Below, in pieces: positions 29,538 through 39,334 of a stretch of 39,334 bases of DNA. The position numbers were made by a program, and so were the translations under genes. This DNA is from Craspedostauros australis (Eukaryota), in NCBI GenBank assembly GCA_030167865.1, contig JALAGF010002881.1, positions 1 to 39,334 on the forward strand. Direction: 5' to 3'. A model generated the notes under the pieces. It did not search any database. It was not told where the DNA came from and saw nothing but the letters and a program-made list of their open reading frames with translations. The number at the start of each line of letters is the position of its first letter. Positions within the stretch are counted from its first letter, which is position 1.

Positions 29538-32051
29538 CTACTCCACGTTGATGGAATGCTTCGTCGCCGTTCCGACAATGATGCGGCGCATCTTGGACGC
29601 CATGCGCAACGTGCATGCCGTGTTCTGAATGTCTTCTGGCTCGGAGCTCACGCATGCGAGGACGATCACCTTCGTGTCGGCCTCCAGGTTGTCGCGCAGC
29701 AGGTGCGTCAGGGTGGAATTGCGGTACGGGACGGTTCGCACGAACTGGCTGCGGGCCGTCACCACCTGGCTCAGCGTCTCCAGCGAACGGTTGGCGAACT
29801 TCCATTCCTTGCTGTTGCCAATGCCCGCGAGCATGGCCTCCGGAGTGGACGGTCGCTTGTCCTTGCCCAGCTTACGCGATGTCACGTCCGATCCGGCCAG
29901 GTCAACGAATTGGATCTTGCCGCACGTCGTCGTCTGCGTCGTCGTGTTGGATGAGACGATCTTCATGGTCGCGATCAGGTGGCTCGACGCCTCGTACTCC
30001 GTCGCATCGATGCCCTGCTCCGCAAGCCTTGCGGCTCGCTGATTCAGGCACTGGTGCCACAGCTCCATCAGATCGTCGAAACTGGAGACTTCGACAGTCA
30101 GCAGTCCTTGCACGACCGTCTCGCCGTTGTGATTCGTCTTGATCTCCAGCTTGGCGGTAGGCGATCCCTGCACATCTTCACCTGTCTCCGTGCGCTTCTT
30201 CGGCTTCCTCCTCAGCTCCTCGTTCGTGACCTTGCCCTTCGAGTCACCGACTGGCGTGCCCGCGATACCATCGCAGAGGCGCTCGTCGTGCACCTCGATG
30301 ATGCTCATGGTCACCGTGTCCTTGTACCGCTCCGTGCGACGCGCAATCACAGCGAACAGCTGCTCGGCGTACTGCAGATGCACTCCGAAGTTGTTGATCG
30401 TCGTCTTGAACGTATCGTCAACGTCTCTCACCGTGCAAGCATCGCCAAAGATCGTGTGCGTCTTGCCGGCGCTGTTCTGTCCGTGCGCCAGTACGCAGAC
30501 GTTGAAACCATCCAGGGCGCTGAGACAAATGGACTCCACCTCGTTGTACACGTCCGACTGGTTCATCTCATCATCAAAGACTCCGTCGAATTCAAAGCTG
30601 AGGGGGAAGGTATTCACGAAGCCATTGTCACTCTGCATGGGGAATCGATCCCTGTGAAGCAGCAGCAACTCACGCGACGGTACGGACACAGTGGAATTCG
30701 GCTGGTCTCCCGATGGTCGTGGACGGCAATAAACACGTACCGCACCACGCAGATCCTGCACTTCATGCTGCAACTTCCTCCGCAGCGTATTCTCTTTCGC
30801 GAGTTTCTCCTTGAGTCGTTTTATGTCGCGTTGTGCTGCCTTGTCACCCTCCTTGATATCGGCACCTGCACCGATAGACAATTGCTGGCCGCCATGTTCA
30901 AAGGCCTTGATGCGCTCGTGCACCTTTGATGGGGATGATGCTCCCTCGTTTGGGGATAGCTGATGTCTCAGTGTTTCCGTGAGCTGCGTGGATTTCATCT
31001 TCTCGCTCTGCAAGGCCTCCTCAATGATGGCACGTTGAATCTCGGCAGCGGCAGCCCTGGTTTGCAATTCGCCAGCTTCCTCCTCGGCCTTCTCCGCCTG
31101 CTGCTTCCAGTACGTCGCGCTCTTGCGTTCCGCCTCCAACCGCTCCTCGGCCTTGCGCTGCTTCGTCATTGCCTCGGCGGATCGTTTCTGCGCCAGCGCC
31201 GCTGCTTCTGCTGCCTTGTGCGTCACCGTGGAGTTCCAGTCCTTCGCCGTCGAGTTCTCAGCAGATTGAATGGCCTGCTCAGCAACCTTCACAGCTCTGG
31301 CTGCCTCTGCTCTCGAATCCTCCAGCTCGGCACGCAGCTCCGTCAGCGCCTGATGAAGCTCCTCCACGATCTCCTGGTCAAATCCTGCTCCTGTGAGCGA
31401 AGACACCGCGCTGCCCTCATCGGCCACATTGTCGGCCCCGCTATTGGCCGTTTGCGATTGTGATGTTTTGGTGGTGACAACCGCCTGCGACCGTGTGGAC
31501 GTGTGCTGAGATGAATGCAATTTTGATAACGATGATGGCATATTCTTGAGGACGCGTGCCTGGTTCTGGGCTTGTGGTTGCTGCGGTGCTTGCGCAACCT
31601 GCGCTTGCTGGTCGGGCTGGGATCTTGGCGCTGCCGCTGCCACCGCATTGAGGGCTGGCACGTCGCCGCGCAATAACGACTGCGCGGCTGTGATATTGGA
31701 TTGAATCTGGTTGATGACGTGCCGGTCGTCGACAAGGTTGTCCGCTCCTTGCTGCTTCATCCTCGGCCCTGGCGGGAGCTGCGATCTGGCTTGCGACGTC
31801 GCCTTGGACTGCAGATGGTCCGATGAACTAATGCGAGCATTGGGTGCGGTTGTGACCATCGGCAGCGGAGCATTGGAGGATTCTTTGACGTTGATGCCGG
31901 ATCTCGGAAGCGACGGTGGTGTGTTCTGCGAGAGCGCTCGGTTTGCGCTGGTCGCAGTCATCTTTTCAGGTACCGAAGAGGATGTGGAAAAGCGCTTCGC
32001 CGTTGCCGCCGATTTGCTTGATTCTGCATGTTTGTAGCAGCAATTCCCCAT
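29538..32051 (-). CDS. Kinesin-like protein with C-terminal motor (kinesin-14-like) and coiled-coil stalk; terminal exon 32023-29538, or a stand-alone 837-aa ORF from ATG 32051
   Basis: Kinesin-14 neck RRKLQHEVQDLRGAVRVYCRPRP, FEFDGVF, SALDGFNVCVLAHGQNSAGKTHT, IEVHDE, GKIQFVDLAGSD, VPYRNSTLTHLLRDNL. Long Ala/Glu coiled coil upstream. Confidence 0.9.
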   Translation of the reverse strand: MGNCCYKHAESSKSAATAKRFSTSSSVPEKMTATSANRALSQNTPPSLPRSGINVKESSNAPLPMVTTAPNARISSSDHLQSKATSQARSQLPPGPRMKQQGADNLVDDRHVINQIQSNITAAQSLLRGDVPALNAVAAAAPRSQPDQQAQVAQAPQQPQAQNQARVLKNMPSSLSKLHSSQHTSTRSQAVVTTKTSQSQTANSGADNVADEGSAVSSLTGAGFDQEIVEELHQALTELRAELEDSRAEAARAVKVAEQAIQSAENSTAKDWNSTVTHKAAEAAALAQKRSAEAMTKQRKAEERLEAERKSATYWKQQAEKAEEEAGELQTRAAAAEIQRAIIEEALQSEKMKSTQLTETLRHQLSPNEGASSPSKVHERIKAFEHGGQQLSIGAGADIKEGDKAAQRDIKRLKEKLAKENTLRRKLQHEVQDLRGAVRVYCRPRPSGDQPNSTVSVPSRELLLLHRDRFPMQSDNGFVNTFPLSFEFDGVFDDEMNQSDVYNEVESICLSALDGFNVCVLAHGQNSAGKTHTIFGDACTVRDVDDTFKTTINNFGVHLQYAEQLFAVIARRTERYKDTVTMSIIEVHDERLCDGIAGTPVGDSKGKVTNEELRRKPKKRTETGEDVQGSPTAKLEIKTNHNGETVVQGLLTVEVSSFDDLMELWHQCLNQRAARLAEQGIDATEYEASSHLIATMKIVSSNTTTQTTTCGKIQFVDLAGSDVTSRKLGKDKRPSTPEAMLAGIGNSKEWKFANRSLETLSQVVTARSQFVRTVPYRNSTLTHLLRDNLEADTKVIVLACVSSEPEDIQNTACTLRMASKMRRIIVGTATKHSINVE

Positions 32052-32211
32052 GGTGATGAAGTCGCGTCGAGAGATAATGGCAGGGCGTGGTATGGAATGA
32101 TGTGGCAAGTGGCATGTGAGATGTGGTGTATGAGCATGTCCAAGTGTACTCGTAGTTACATGATGGCTGTCTGAGACAGTCGGTGATGGCGAATGATGCT
32201 GTGTGTCATAC

Positions 32212-32313
32212 AAGTACTCGTGCTGCACTGCACTGCATGTTGCTGCTGTTGAGCTGCGGAGTCGTCCACGGTTTCTGGGATTTTTCGTGCCTGTTTCCTC
32301 TCAAACATTCGGG
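32212..32313 (-). CDS. Possible small internal exon (ARMFERKQARKIPETVDDSAAQQQQH...), 96 or 102 nt
   Basis: A 77-nt intron at 32390-32314 (G|GTACGT...TGTATAG|) joins in phase 1. Candidate phase-1 donors at 32217 (GTACTT) or 32211 (GTATGA). Confidence 0.45.
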
Positions 32314-32390
32314 CTATACAAACACAGACGAATAAAACATGTACGCATGAATGCAAACGAACAAATGAATACATGTGGTATCATACGTAC

Positions 32391-33806
32391 CTCTGAGCAT
32401 GGGATGTGATGGCGTTCCATCGGAACGAACCGACCGCATATCATCACCTTCCATGGGGACATCGAGGAACCTTGCAAAAGCACGCGCGAACTTGTCGCGG
32501 TCCACCTTGGTGGGTGCCTCAATGTCGAGCGATGCGTGGGCTGGATCGTCGGTGATGAGAGAGAGGATGCGGGATGCTGGACAGGTGTTGCGTCGTGCGC
32601 GTTCGGTGGTCTTGCCCTTGCGGACGCAGACGAATCGTTCCACCGGCATGCGCACATCCTTCTTCTTCCCCCAGGTGAGGACCTTCTTTTTGCCTGCCTT
32701 GTTGCTGTTGAGGTAGTCTCGGTTGGACAGGGATTCCGTCTCGGAGCGATCTCTCTGAACCGACCTCCTGGAGAAGGTGGTGAAGCCGCTCCTGCTGACG
32801 CGGGAGCTGACGGAACGCGTCGTGGAATGCATGTCATGCTCAAGCTCGTAGGCGTCCATCCAGCAGCACTTGACGTAGCGCAGGTTGGATTTGCCGTTGT
32901 GATTGATCTTTCGAACAGCCACACCGTAGGCATCCTCACACAATCGCTGCTCAAAGAGCGCTTGCTCCTGATCGTCTGGGTCGGCCGAATTCCGCCTCGG
33001 CATATTTCCAACCAGTGAAGCCTGCGAGGGTGTCCCGAAGCTGTTGTTGCCGTTGCTCATGCCGCTCTGGATACTGCTCTGAACGTTGCTGGAGGTCGGC
33101 AGATGCTGCTGCTGTTGTTGTTGCTGACGTTGCTGAGCCATGCGCTGCCATTCGTCCGTTGTGTCGGCCATCACTGTGCTGGGTTTGACGGTGCCGGACG
33201 AGACAGGAACCGAAGCTTGGTTGAGGAGTGTGTGTGGGTGCGGATCGCGCATTTGTGCAGGGTGGTCGTTGGTGATTGTGCTGATGTGTGGCACTTTCAA
33301 GTTGTGTTTGTTGGCTGCGTTGTTGGATGCGATAATGGCTTGCCTTTGGAGCCTGGCCCTCGTTGGTGTTCTGCCGTGGTTGATACCGTTGAAGTTGCCG
33401 CTGTTGCCGAGGATGGCGCTGCTGGTACTTTGTCCGAAGTTGAAGCCTGTATCTCTGGGGTTGCGTGGTAGCGCTCTGGGTGGTGTGGATGATGCGATGC
33501 CCCTGGCCTTTGGTGATGTGCCAGTTGCTGTTGCTGTTGCGGTTGTCGATGAAGATGGAGGCGATGGCGATAATGTTGATGACGCTGTTGGTAAAGCTTC
33601 TCCTTGTTCTATTGACCTCAAATTCTGTTGCTGTTGTTGCTGTTGCTGTAGCTTCGGTCGCGGAGGTGTTCCTGAACGCGAAAGAGATGTCGACGATGGG
33701 TTTGGCGTCGGTTTGGGAAGAACTGCTGGAGGCACAGATGAATGCGAGGCCGTTGGGGCTGTTGGTATCGTCGTTGGTGCTTCCGCTGATGCCGGTGTTG
33801 ATGCTC
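32391..33806 (-). CDS. Exon encoding a low-complexity region and a PLC/Mcp5-type PH-like domain (probable upstream exon of the kinesin locus)
   Basis: Acceptor CCACAG| at 33807 and donor AG|GTACGT at 32390, both phase 1. PH-like: GVAVRKINHNGKSNLRYVK...LTWGKKK...FVCVRKGKTTE...RILSLI...SLDIEAPTKVDRDKFARAFARFL. Confidence 0.75.
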
Positions 33807-34332
33807 CTGTGGAGGTTGGTTGATGGGTGAAAGAACGAGGAGAGTATTGGTTTGTATTGGTAGAGCAGGCAGCGCACCAATGCAGTAGCGTTGGCGTGGT
33901 ATAGCAGCAGGAGCATGGACAGAAGACAAGTGGAGCGCGGGTGCGTGGACGTTGAACCCAAGAGAGTCGAACAGCCAGAGAGCATTCGAAAAAGGCAACA
34001 GAGCCGCACGCCCGTTCGTTTTTCCGGTTTGTGCGCGTGAAGGGGCAGGCGCGTGTGCACGTGTTGTTGTTCAACACAAAAAAATTCGCGGGCAGAGCGC
34101 GGGCGCCGGCGGCACACGTAGCGTGCACATGCAAAAACCCAACGCACCACGCCGTGTGTACAATGTCGTACCGTGCCAGCCGACCACGGTCCAGTAGGAC
34201 GCGTATGTACAGGTACAAAGCACATGGCGCACACGCAACCGAACAACAAAAGGAAGGACAAAAATGAGCCGGGTGAGTCTTGTTCGTGGGATCGTGATTC
34301 AAAGTTCCCCCAATGATGCATGAATCACGTAC

Positions 34333-35218
34333 CTTTGGCGCCGACCTGTTCGCTGGTTTTGCTCATGTTGCTGTTGATGTCCCTCCGTGGCGCGATTTGC
34401 GCCAAAAACGCTGTACGTGAACGACCATGACTGTTTGTAACAGAATCAGATTGCTGCGATCCGGATTGCGATGATGCGATGCTGCTTGCGGTGCTTCGGG
34501 AAAAGCAAAGTTGGTGTGGTTGCAGGTGCATTTGCAGACGAGGCTGCAGGTGAAGCTGCACATGGCCGGATTGCTGCGGTTGCTCTGGCTCCTCGATCGG
34601 GATAGCCGGAGATGTGGCAAGATGACGGGAGTTCTGCGCAACGACGCCGCCTGTTTCAATGGTCTGCTTGGTCGTTGCACCCGTTGGTGGGACTGGTCCC
34701 TTCGCCATATTCGCTATATTTGTCGTGACCGTGGGTGAAGCAGACGCTGACTTTGTTGCTATCGCTGTCGCTGTTGTTGGCGACGGAGGTGGTAAATCGA
34801 TGATCTGCATGCTCGACGAAAATCCCGAATTCAAATTTGAATTTGGGTTGGGCATCCAACTGCCTTGGTTGGTGATGGACGATGGTGATCCTCGTGCTCC
34901 TGTCGCAAACGATGATGGGCCATTTGGATACCGGTGGCCGCTCGTGGTGTCATTCTTCTGAAGACCATTGGTTTTGCCACTGTTGCTGATGTTGTTGTTG
35001 ATGTTGCCATCGGCATTGTGATCGGTGTTGCTATTGCCACTGCTTGGACTGGTCGTGGTGGGGCTCACGGTGGTGGCTTTGCGGGGGTGAACCGGCGGGT
35101 ACTTGTTCTCGTCGTTGGTCGTGGCGAAGCTGCCGCTCGTTCTTGATGCCGGTGACGAGGATGGTGTCGTCGATGTCGTGATGGACGTCATGGTTCGGAT
35201 TTCTGGGTTTGTGTTCAT
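34333..35218 (-). CDS. Probable first exon (Ser/Thr/Asn-rich, disordered) of the PH(-kinesin) gene
   Basis: ORF 34325-35245 ends right after the donor AAG|GTACGT (34332). A phase-1 join to 33806 restores a Gly codon. ATG 35218 follows an A/C-rich leader; a further upstream exon is not excluded. Confidence 0.6.
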
Positions 35219-36409
35219 GGTTCGATTGCTGGTGGGGTCAACCAACTGAGTAATGTAATGGCTCGACGGATAGAGTTATGAATAAACTTCTGGATGGATG
35301 GATGTTTGTCTCGTTTTGTTTGGTTGCTTGTTTGCTTGTTTTGTGAGATTATGTCCTTATGGATCTGGGTTGCTGTTGCCGCCTCGGTAGCGGTTGTTGT
35401 TGTCTTCAGCTCTCTGTCCGCTGGACTGTGCTCTCGGCTGCAGGCACGAGAAGTGCACGTCCAAGGTCTCCTCGTGCTTTGCCAGCAGGCTGAGGAGAGC
35501 TCGGAAGGCGGCAGCAGCAGAGTGGCAGCAACAGTGCTCTCGAAGTTATGCGTCTCCTCTTACGAGCCGATCGTATGGTAGAATAGATGTATAATATGTA
35601 TGGAGGAGCAATCCTGTGTGGTTGCCAACTCTATTCCTCTGGATTCGAGCTGTGACAGCAACGGTGACGAGGACCTTCCAACGTCGTCTTTGATGGCAAT
35701 GTGTATCGTATTATACGAGTGTGACAGTTGCTGCTGGTTTGCCACTGTCGCTGTCAATGAACTCTGGCCGCTCCTGTTTGCTGTTCCTGTTGCTGTCATC
35801 GCCGTTGGTGGCGCCACTCCACGAGCTATGGGCATGGGCAGGAGTGGTGTTGGCGCCTCTTCTGCAGGTTCTGGTCTGCTGTACGAGTACTCTGTTCCCT
35901 CTTGGTCTTGCTCATGTCTGTCCTCTCTCCACGGATTGGCGCCTTCCGTGCCGTCTCTTGTGTCTGTTCTTGTACCTTGCAGTCGACGCTTGTGTGTGTT
36001 TCGCATTCACATTTGTGTGTGGGAGGTTGGATTGCGTGTGTTTGGCGGTTTGATTTCCCTCCCACTGTTCATTCTACAGGGAGCAGGGGAAATTGGCGCC
36101 CTGAAAAAAAAAGAGCGTATTTTCTGCATTTGTTCACGGATTGCTTCCCCGAGTTTTGACTGATATGACCGAAATGTTGTCGTCAAATAGCCCCCACTCC
36201 GGTAGTATCGACGGTCCTGCTGTGACGCACACGGGCAGGTCTTTCGCTTCCAACACACAGGTGTGTGTCTTGTGTTTTCTGTCGCCTCTTCGTCGCCATG
36301 TTCTCCTGCCTTGTCTCGTTTTGCACCCTCCGTATCGGTGTCGGTTTGGGTTTCGTCCTCGCCCCGCGTTTCGTGTTTCCACACGTGCACCACAGAACAT
36401 GGCACCATG

Positions 36410-36760
36410 CAACCCAATGCAACACAACACCACACAAAATCACACACCCACAAAATCACACCACATCACACGACATCACATACCATCACACACCATCACA
36501 TACCATCACATACCATCACATACCATCACATACCATCACATACCATCACACACCACCACACACCATCACACACCACCACACACCGTCACATCACACTGCA
36601 TCACACTGCATCCCACTGCATCACACAACATCACACACGACGGCACGCAACTCCACTCAACACACCATCACACACCATCACACACCATCACACAACGGCA
36701 CATCACACTGCATCACACACGACGCAACGCCACGCCACGCCACATAACGCCACATGTCGA
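36410..36760. repeat. CA-rich minisatellite; core 10-bp unit [T/C]ACCATCACA x~11-13, degenerating to pentamer periodicity
   Basis: taccatcaca/caccatcaca units in register from 36481 to 36590. The plus strand is almost devoid of G. Confidence 0.92.
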
Positions 36761-37339
36761 GACACACCAACTGCACTTGTCTGCATTGTTGACATAGCGT
36801 GTTCGCACTTGTCCCCTCTGTTTCGTGCATGCCCCACATTGGCACGTGTGTGCAGTCGACTTGCTTGCCTTGTGCGTATTCCTATTTCATGTTGCTTGCC
36901 TTTCCATCCAGTCTGCTTTGCATTGAACTCTTCTCCGCACTGGGATCTTCGTTCCTGTTCAGTTACTTGCCTTTCTCCTTTGGCCCTCCTGCAGGTTATC
37001 TTCGTTTCTATTTCGGCGGAGTTCCGGATCTGGTGCGTTTTGGCGTTGCTGTCGGCATTTTTCCATGCTGGCGTGGCTTGCTTTTTTCTGGTGGTGTTGA
37101 CCTGCGATGTCCACCATGCTGACCCTCTCTGTTGCCGCTTCGGCCACCTCCGCGTGTCACCAGCATGTTTCCTACCGCGGTTCCGAAACCATCACGTCCA
37201 GGCACATAAATATATTGCGCCATGGCACAGTCGAAGCAACTGCATCATAAAGCAATCGACAATGTCAGAGAGAAGCTCTGTGTGTTAGTTAGTGTTCTAC
37301 GTCAATTATCGCTACTTAGATAGTCCGGTTGTGATTGGC

Positions 37340-38392
37340 TTACTCCTCCATTACGCTATTCAGTTCCTCCAATAGTCTCTCACGCAATCTCATCCGAGTC
37401 AGCTTTCGTTCAACTACTGGAACGGGGTCGAAGAGAGGAGAACCTCCAACTAGCTCAATTTGCGTAATGGTGGCAACAGAGGCAAAGGCAAGAACGTGTT
37501 TGTCAGGATCGTGTCGCCACACATTTCTCAGGCAGGCCCAGTGCTTGATGCGTCGGTTAACAGTTTCGTGTCTCGCACGGAGTATTTTGTCAGTGATGTA
37601 CTTGGGACCCAAAACGCGTTCATCCCCGACGTAACCTTTGTCGGCGACAACAACTTCGCCGTCAGTCAACTGGTTCTTTAAACCAAACCGAAAGATGCTG
37701 ATGTCATTCCACATGCCACAAGGAAAGGGTCCATTGGTCCACACGATGTCACCACCAGTAATTGACAGGGCGATCTCATACCGAACGCCTGGGCCCGAGA
37801 ATTTTGGCGAAAACCATCCCTCTGTGAACGGTTGGGGCTCTTGAATTCGCATGTCAACTCCGTCAACAGTGACAAGCGCTTTGTCCTCTGGCGACGCTTC
37901 ACGAAACCGATTGGGCCAGTGAATCTGCAACAATGAGGAAGCAATTGGCGTTCTGTTAGTGGTTCGCTTATTGAAGTGAATGGAACATGAAAGAAACATT
38001 TAGGATCGCATTCGACAACTTACCACATTGTGCTTGACTCGGGCTATGATGTCCAACACGATCCAGACCCATTTGCGGAGAGTGGTGCGATTTGTCCTCA
38101 ACCACGATGACAAAATGGTTTCCGTGGCGTACTGTTTTAGAAACGCTGCAGCCCACATCAGGTGCTTTGGGCATAAGTCATGCCGAAATAGTCCTGCTGC
38201 TCCAATTTCATTCCACAGCGTGTGTATCACTGTCCCTGAAGTGCCAAAAAACGAGTGGAAGATTCGTTGATTGTCCGTTGCGTTGGCATGTCGTTGGATG
38301 TCATCAAACCCAGTGTTGATGCCAATAATGGACCAGCCCAACCAGTCGAAGGTTCCAACTGGGAGTGCATAAGGAGGGAGTTGATCTGCCAT
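37340..38392 (-). mobile_element. PIF/Harbinger(ISL2EU)-type DDE_Tnp_4 transposase, two exons (38392-38024, 37924-37340), ~317 aa
   Basis: Catalytic motifs VTVDGVD, VVADKGYVG and RARHETVNRRIK; also WFSPKFSGPGVRYEIAL...GDIVWTNGPFPCG.WNDI.IF. The N-terminal exon has an HTH-like region (KHLMWAAAFLKQYATE...RTTLRKWVW). Canonical 99-nt phase-0 intron GTG|GTAAGT...TTGCAG|ATT. GC is lower than in host genes. Confidence 0.88.
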
Positions 38393-39334
38393 GGCTCCAA
38401 AGGTCCTTTTTGGGTTTTGTGAGAGTTTGATGGTCCCAACCCATCCTCTTGGATGGATACACATTGGTGAAAACTGAGAGGCCAACAACTAGTACAACTT
38501 GAAGCCTGGCACATCAACCGTGACAGCGACACCGTCGATGCGCCATTGCAAACGCTGCACTGAAGCGGCTGTGATGTGGTGTCATTGAACTTGTGTTGTG
38601 AACCTGAGCCTGTTTTAAGATTATTTATTTCCTTTCTTCTGTTGACGTCAGCGTGGACAACCCACTGCATACTGTAGTCGTGACGCCACCCCCGGCAGCC
38701 GCCACGTCTGTGCTGGATGCCATTGCTATGTTCTAGTGCAAATCATTAGCTGTTCTTCGTGTCAACACAAGCAATGGGTCCGCCATTCGAAGTCTCGCGT
38801 TAGATGGCGGAGACGGCGAGCTTCACATCTGATTGGAAGGTGCCATCTTGCTTTGCATCAACGGCAACATCGCTCGCATTCAGGAAGGATTCCATAACGA
38901 CAGGGGTCCGTCAAGGAACGCCAACTGGCATAGTCACTTGTTTTTGGAATGTGTACGTTGGTCATGGTAGATGTTTGTACCAGCAGGCCATCTCTCGCAG
39001 GCGTACACCACAGTGGATCCAGCACATGCACATGTAGTAGTACACTCAGGATTGCAATTTTCTAGTAAAGCTAGTTGTTTTGGCAAGGTACCTCGTCGTT
39101 GCGGGATCCAAAGTGACACTGCGTTGTTACAATCAGTATGCTATGGCATGATTCCTATGGGCGCAACAGCGATGATGCGTGAGACAAGACCATCAGTAGT
39201 GGCATGTTATCACGGTCCCCATTCTGTAATCATGGATTCACGCGTCTGCGCCACATGCCCCTCTTTGGCGACGAGACACGCAGAGTCTCCATCGCGTCAT
39301 CACAATCTCACTCGTATTTCCATGTGATGGTGTC

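Noticed and set aside
33807-34302. Cys-rich N-terminus of the 662-aa ORF and the overlapping 456-aa ORF 32951-34321
   Set aside because: This lies within the predicted 526-nt intron bounded by canonical splice sites and has non-coding-like composition.
36481-36590. Repeat array as CRISPR or telomere
   Set aside because: There are no spacers or cas genes, the context is eukaryotic, the unit is not TTAGGG-like, and the position is internal.
36141-37288. His-rich ORFs (HHIPSHTITY repeats) as metal-binding proteins
   Set aside because: They are translations of the CA-rich minisatellite, which is open in several frames and lacks codon bias.
38643-38650. TGACGTCA (CRE palindrome) upstream of the transposase
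   Set aside because: A single 8-mer is expected about once by chance in a window this size.
156-38679. 13-bp inverted match GACTACAGTATGC (156-168) / GCATACTGTAGTC (38667-38679) as TIRs of a giant element
   Set aside because: Multiple 13-mer inverted matches are expected by chance in 39 kb. The match does not extend, no TSD is apparent, and the interval holds ordinary host genes.

Overview
Eukaryotic nuclear DNA, most consistent with a diatom or other stramenopile. The evidence is compact, mostly single-exon high-GC3 genes, short GT-AG introns, A/C-rich 5' leaders and diatom-typical gene families. I found no rRNA, tRNA, CRISPR or prokaryotic operon signals. Recognisable genes are eIF2B epsilon (1820-4261), a MATH-BTB adaptor (8207-9463), a TPR-like protein (13726-14508), a U-box E3 (18678-19421), a 2106-aa DENND4/Crag-like Rab GEF (20954-27274), a 53-aa Cys/His microprotein (29111-29272), a C-terminal-motor (kinesin-14-like) locus (29538-35218) and an intron-containing PIF/Harbinger-type transposase (37340-38392). 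There are also several hypothetical genes, two ~4 kb gene-poor tracts and a CA-rich minisatellite. The most interesting locus is the kinesin. Its switch I and II motifs are degenerate (EASSH, DLAGSD) while the P-loop and microtubule-binding loop are intact. Frame-consistent splice sites can join it to an upstream PH-domain exon, and an internal in-frame ATG would instead give an MGNCC dual-acylation N-terminus. This suggests a membrane-anchored, possibly non-motile microtubule tether with two alternative anchoring modes. All family calls come from reading motifs by eye; no searches were run.
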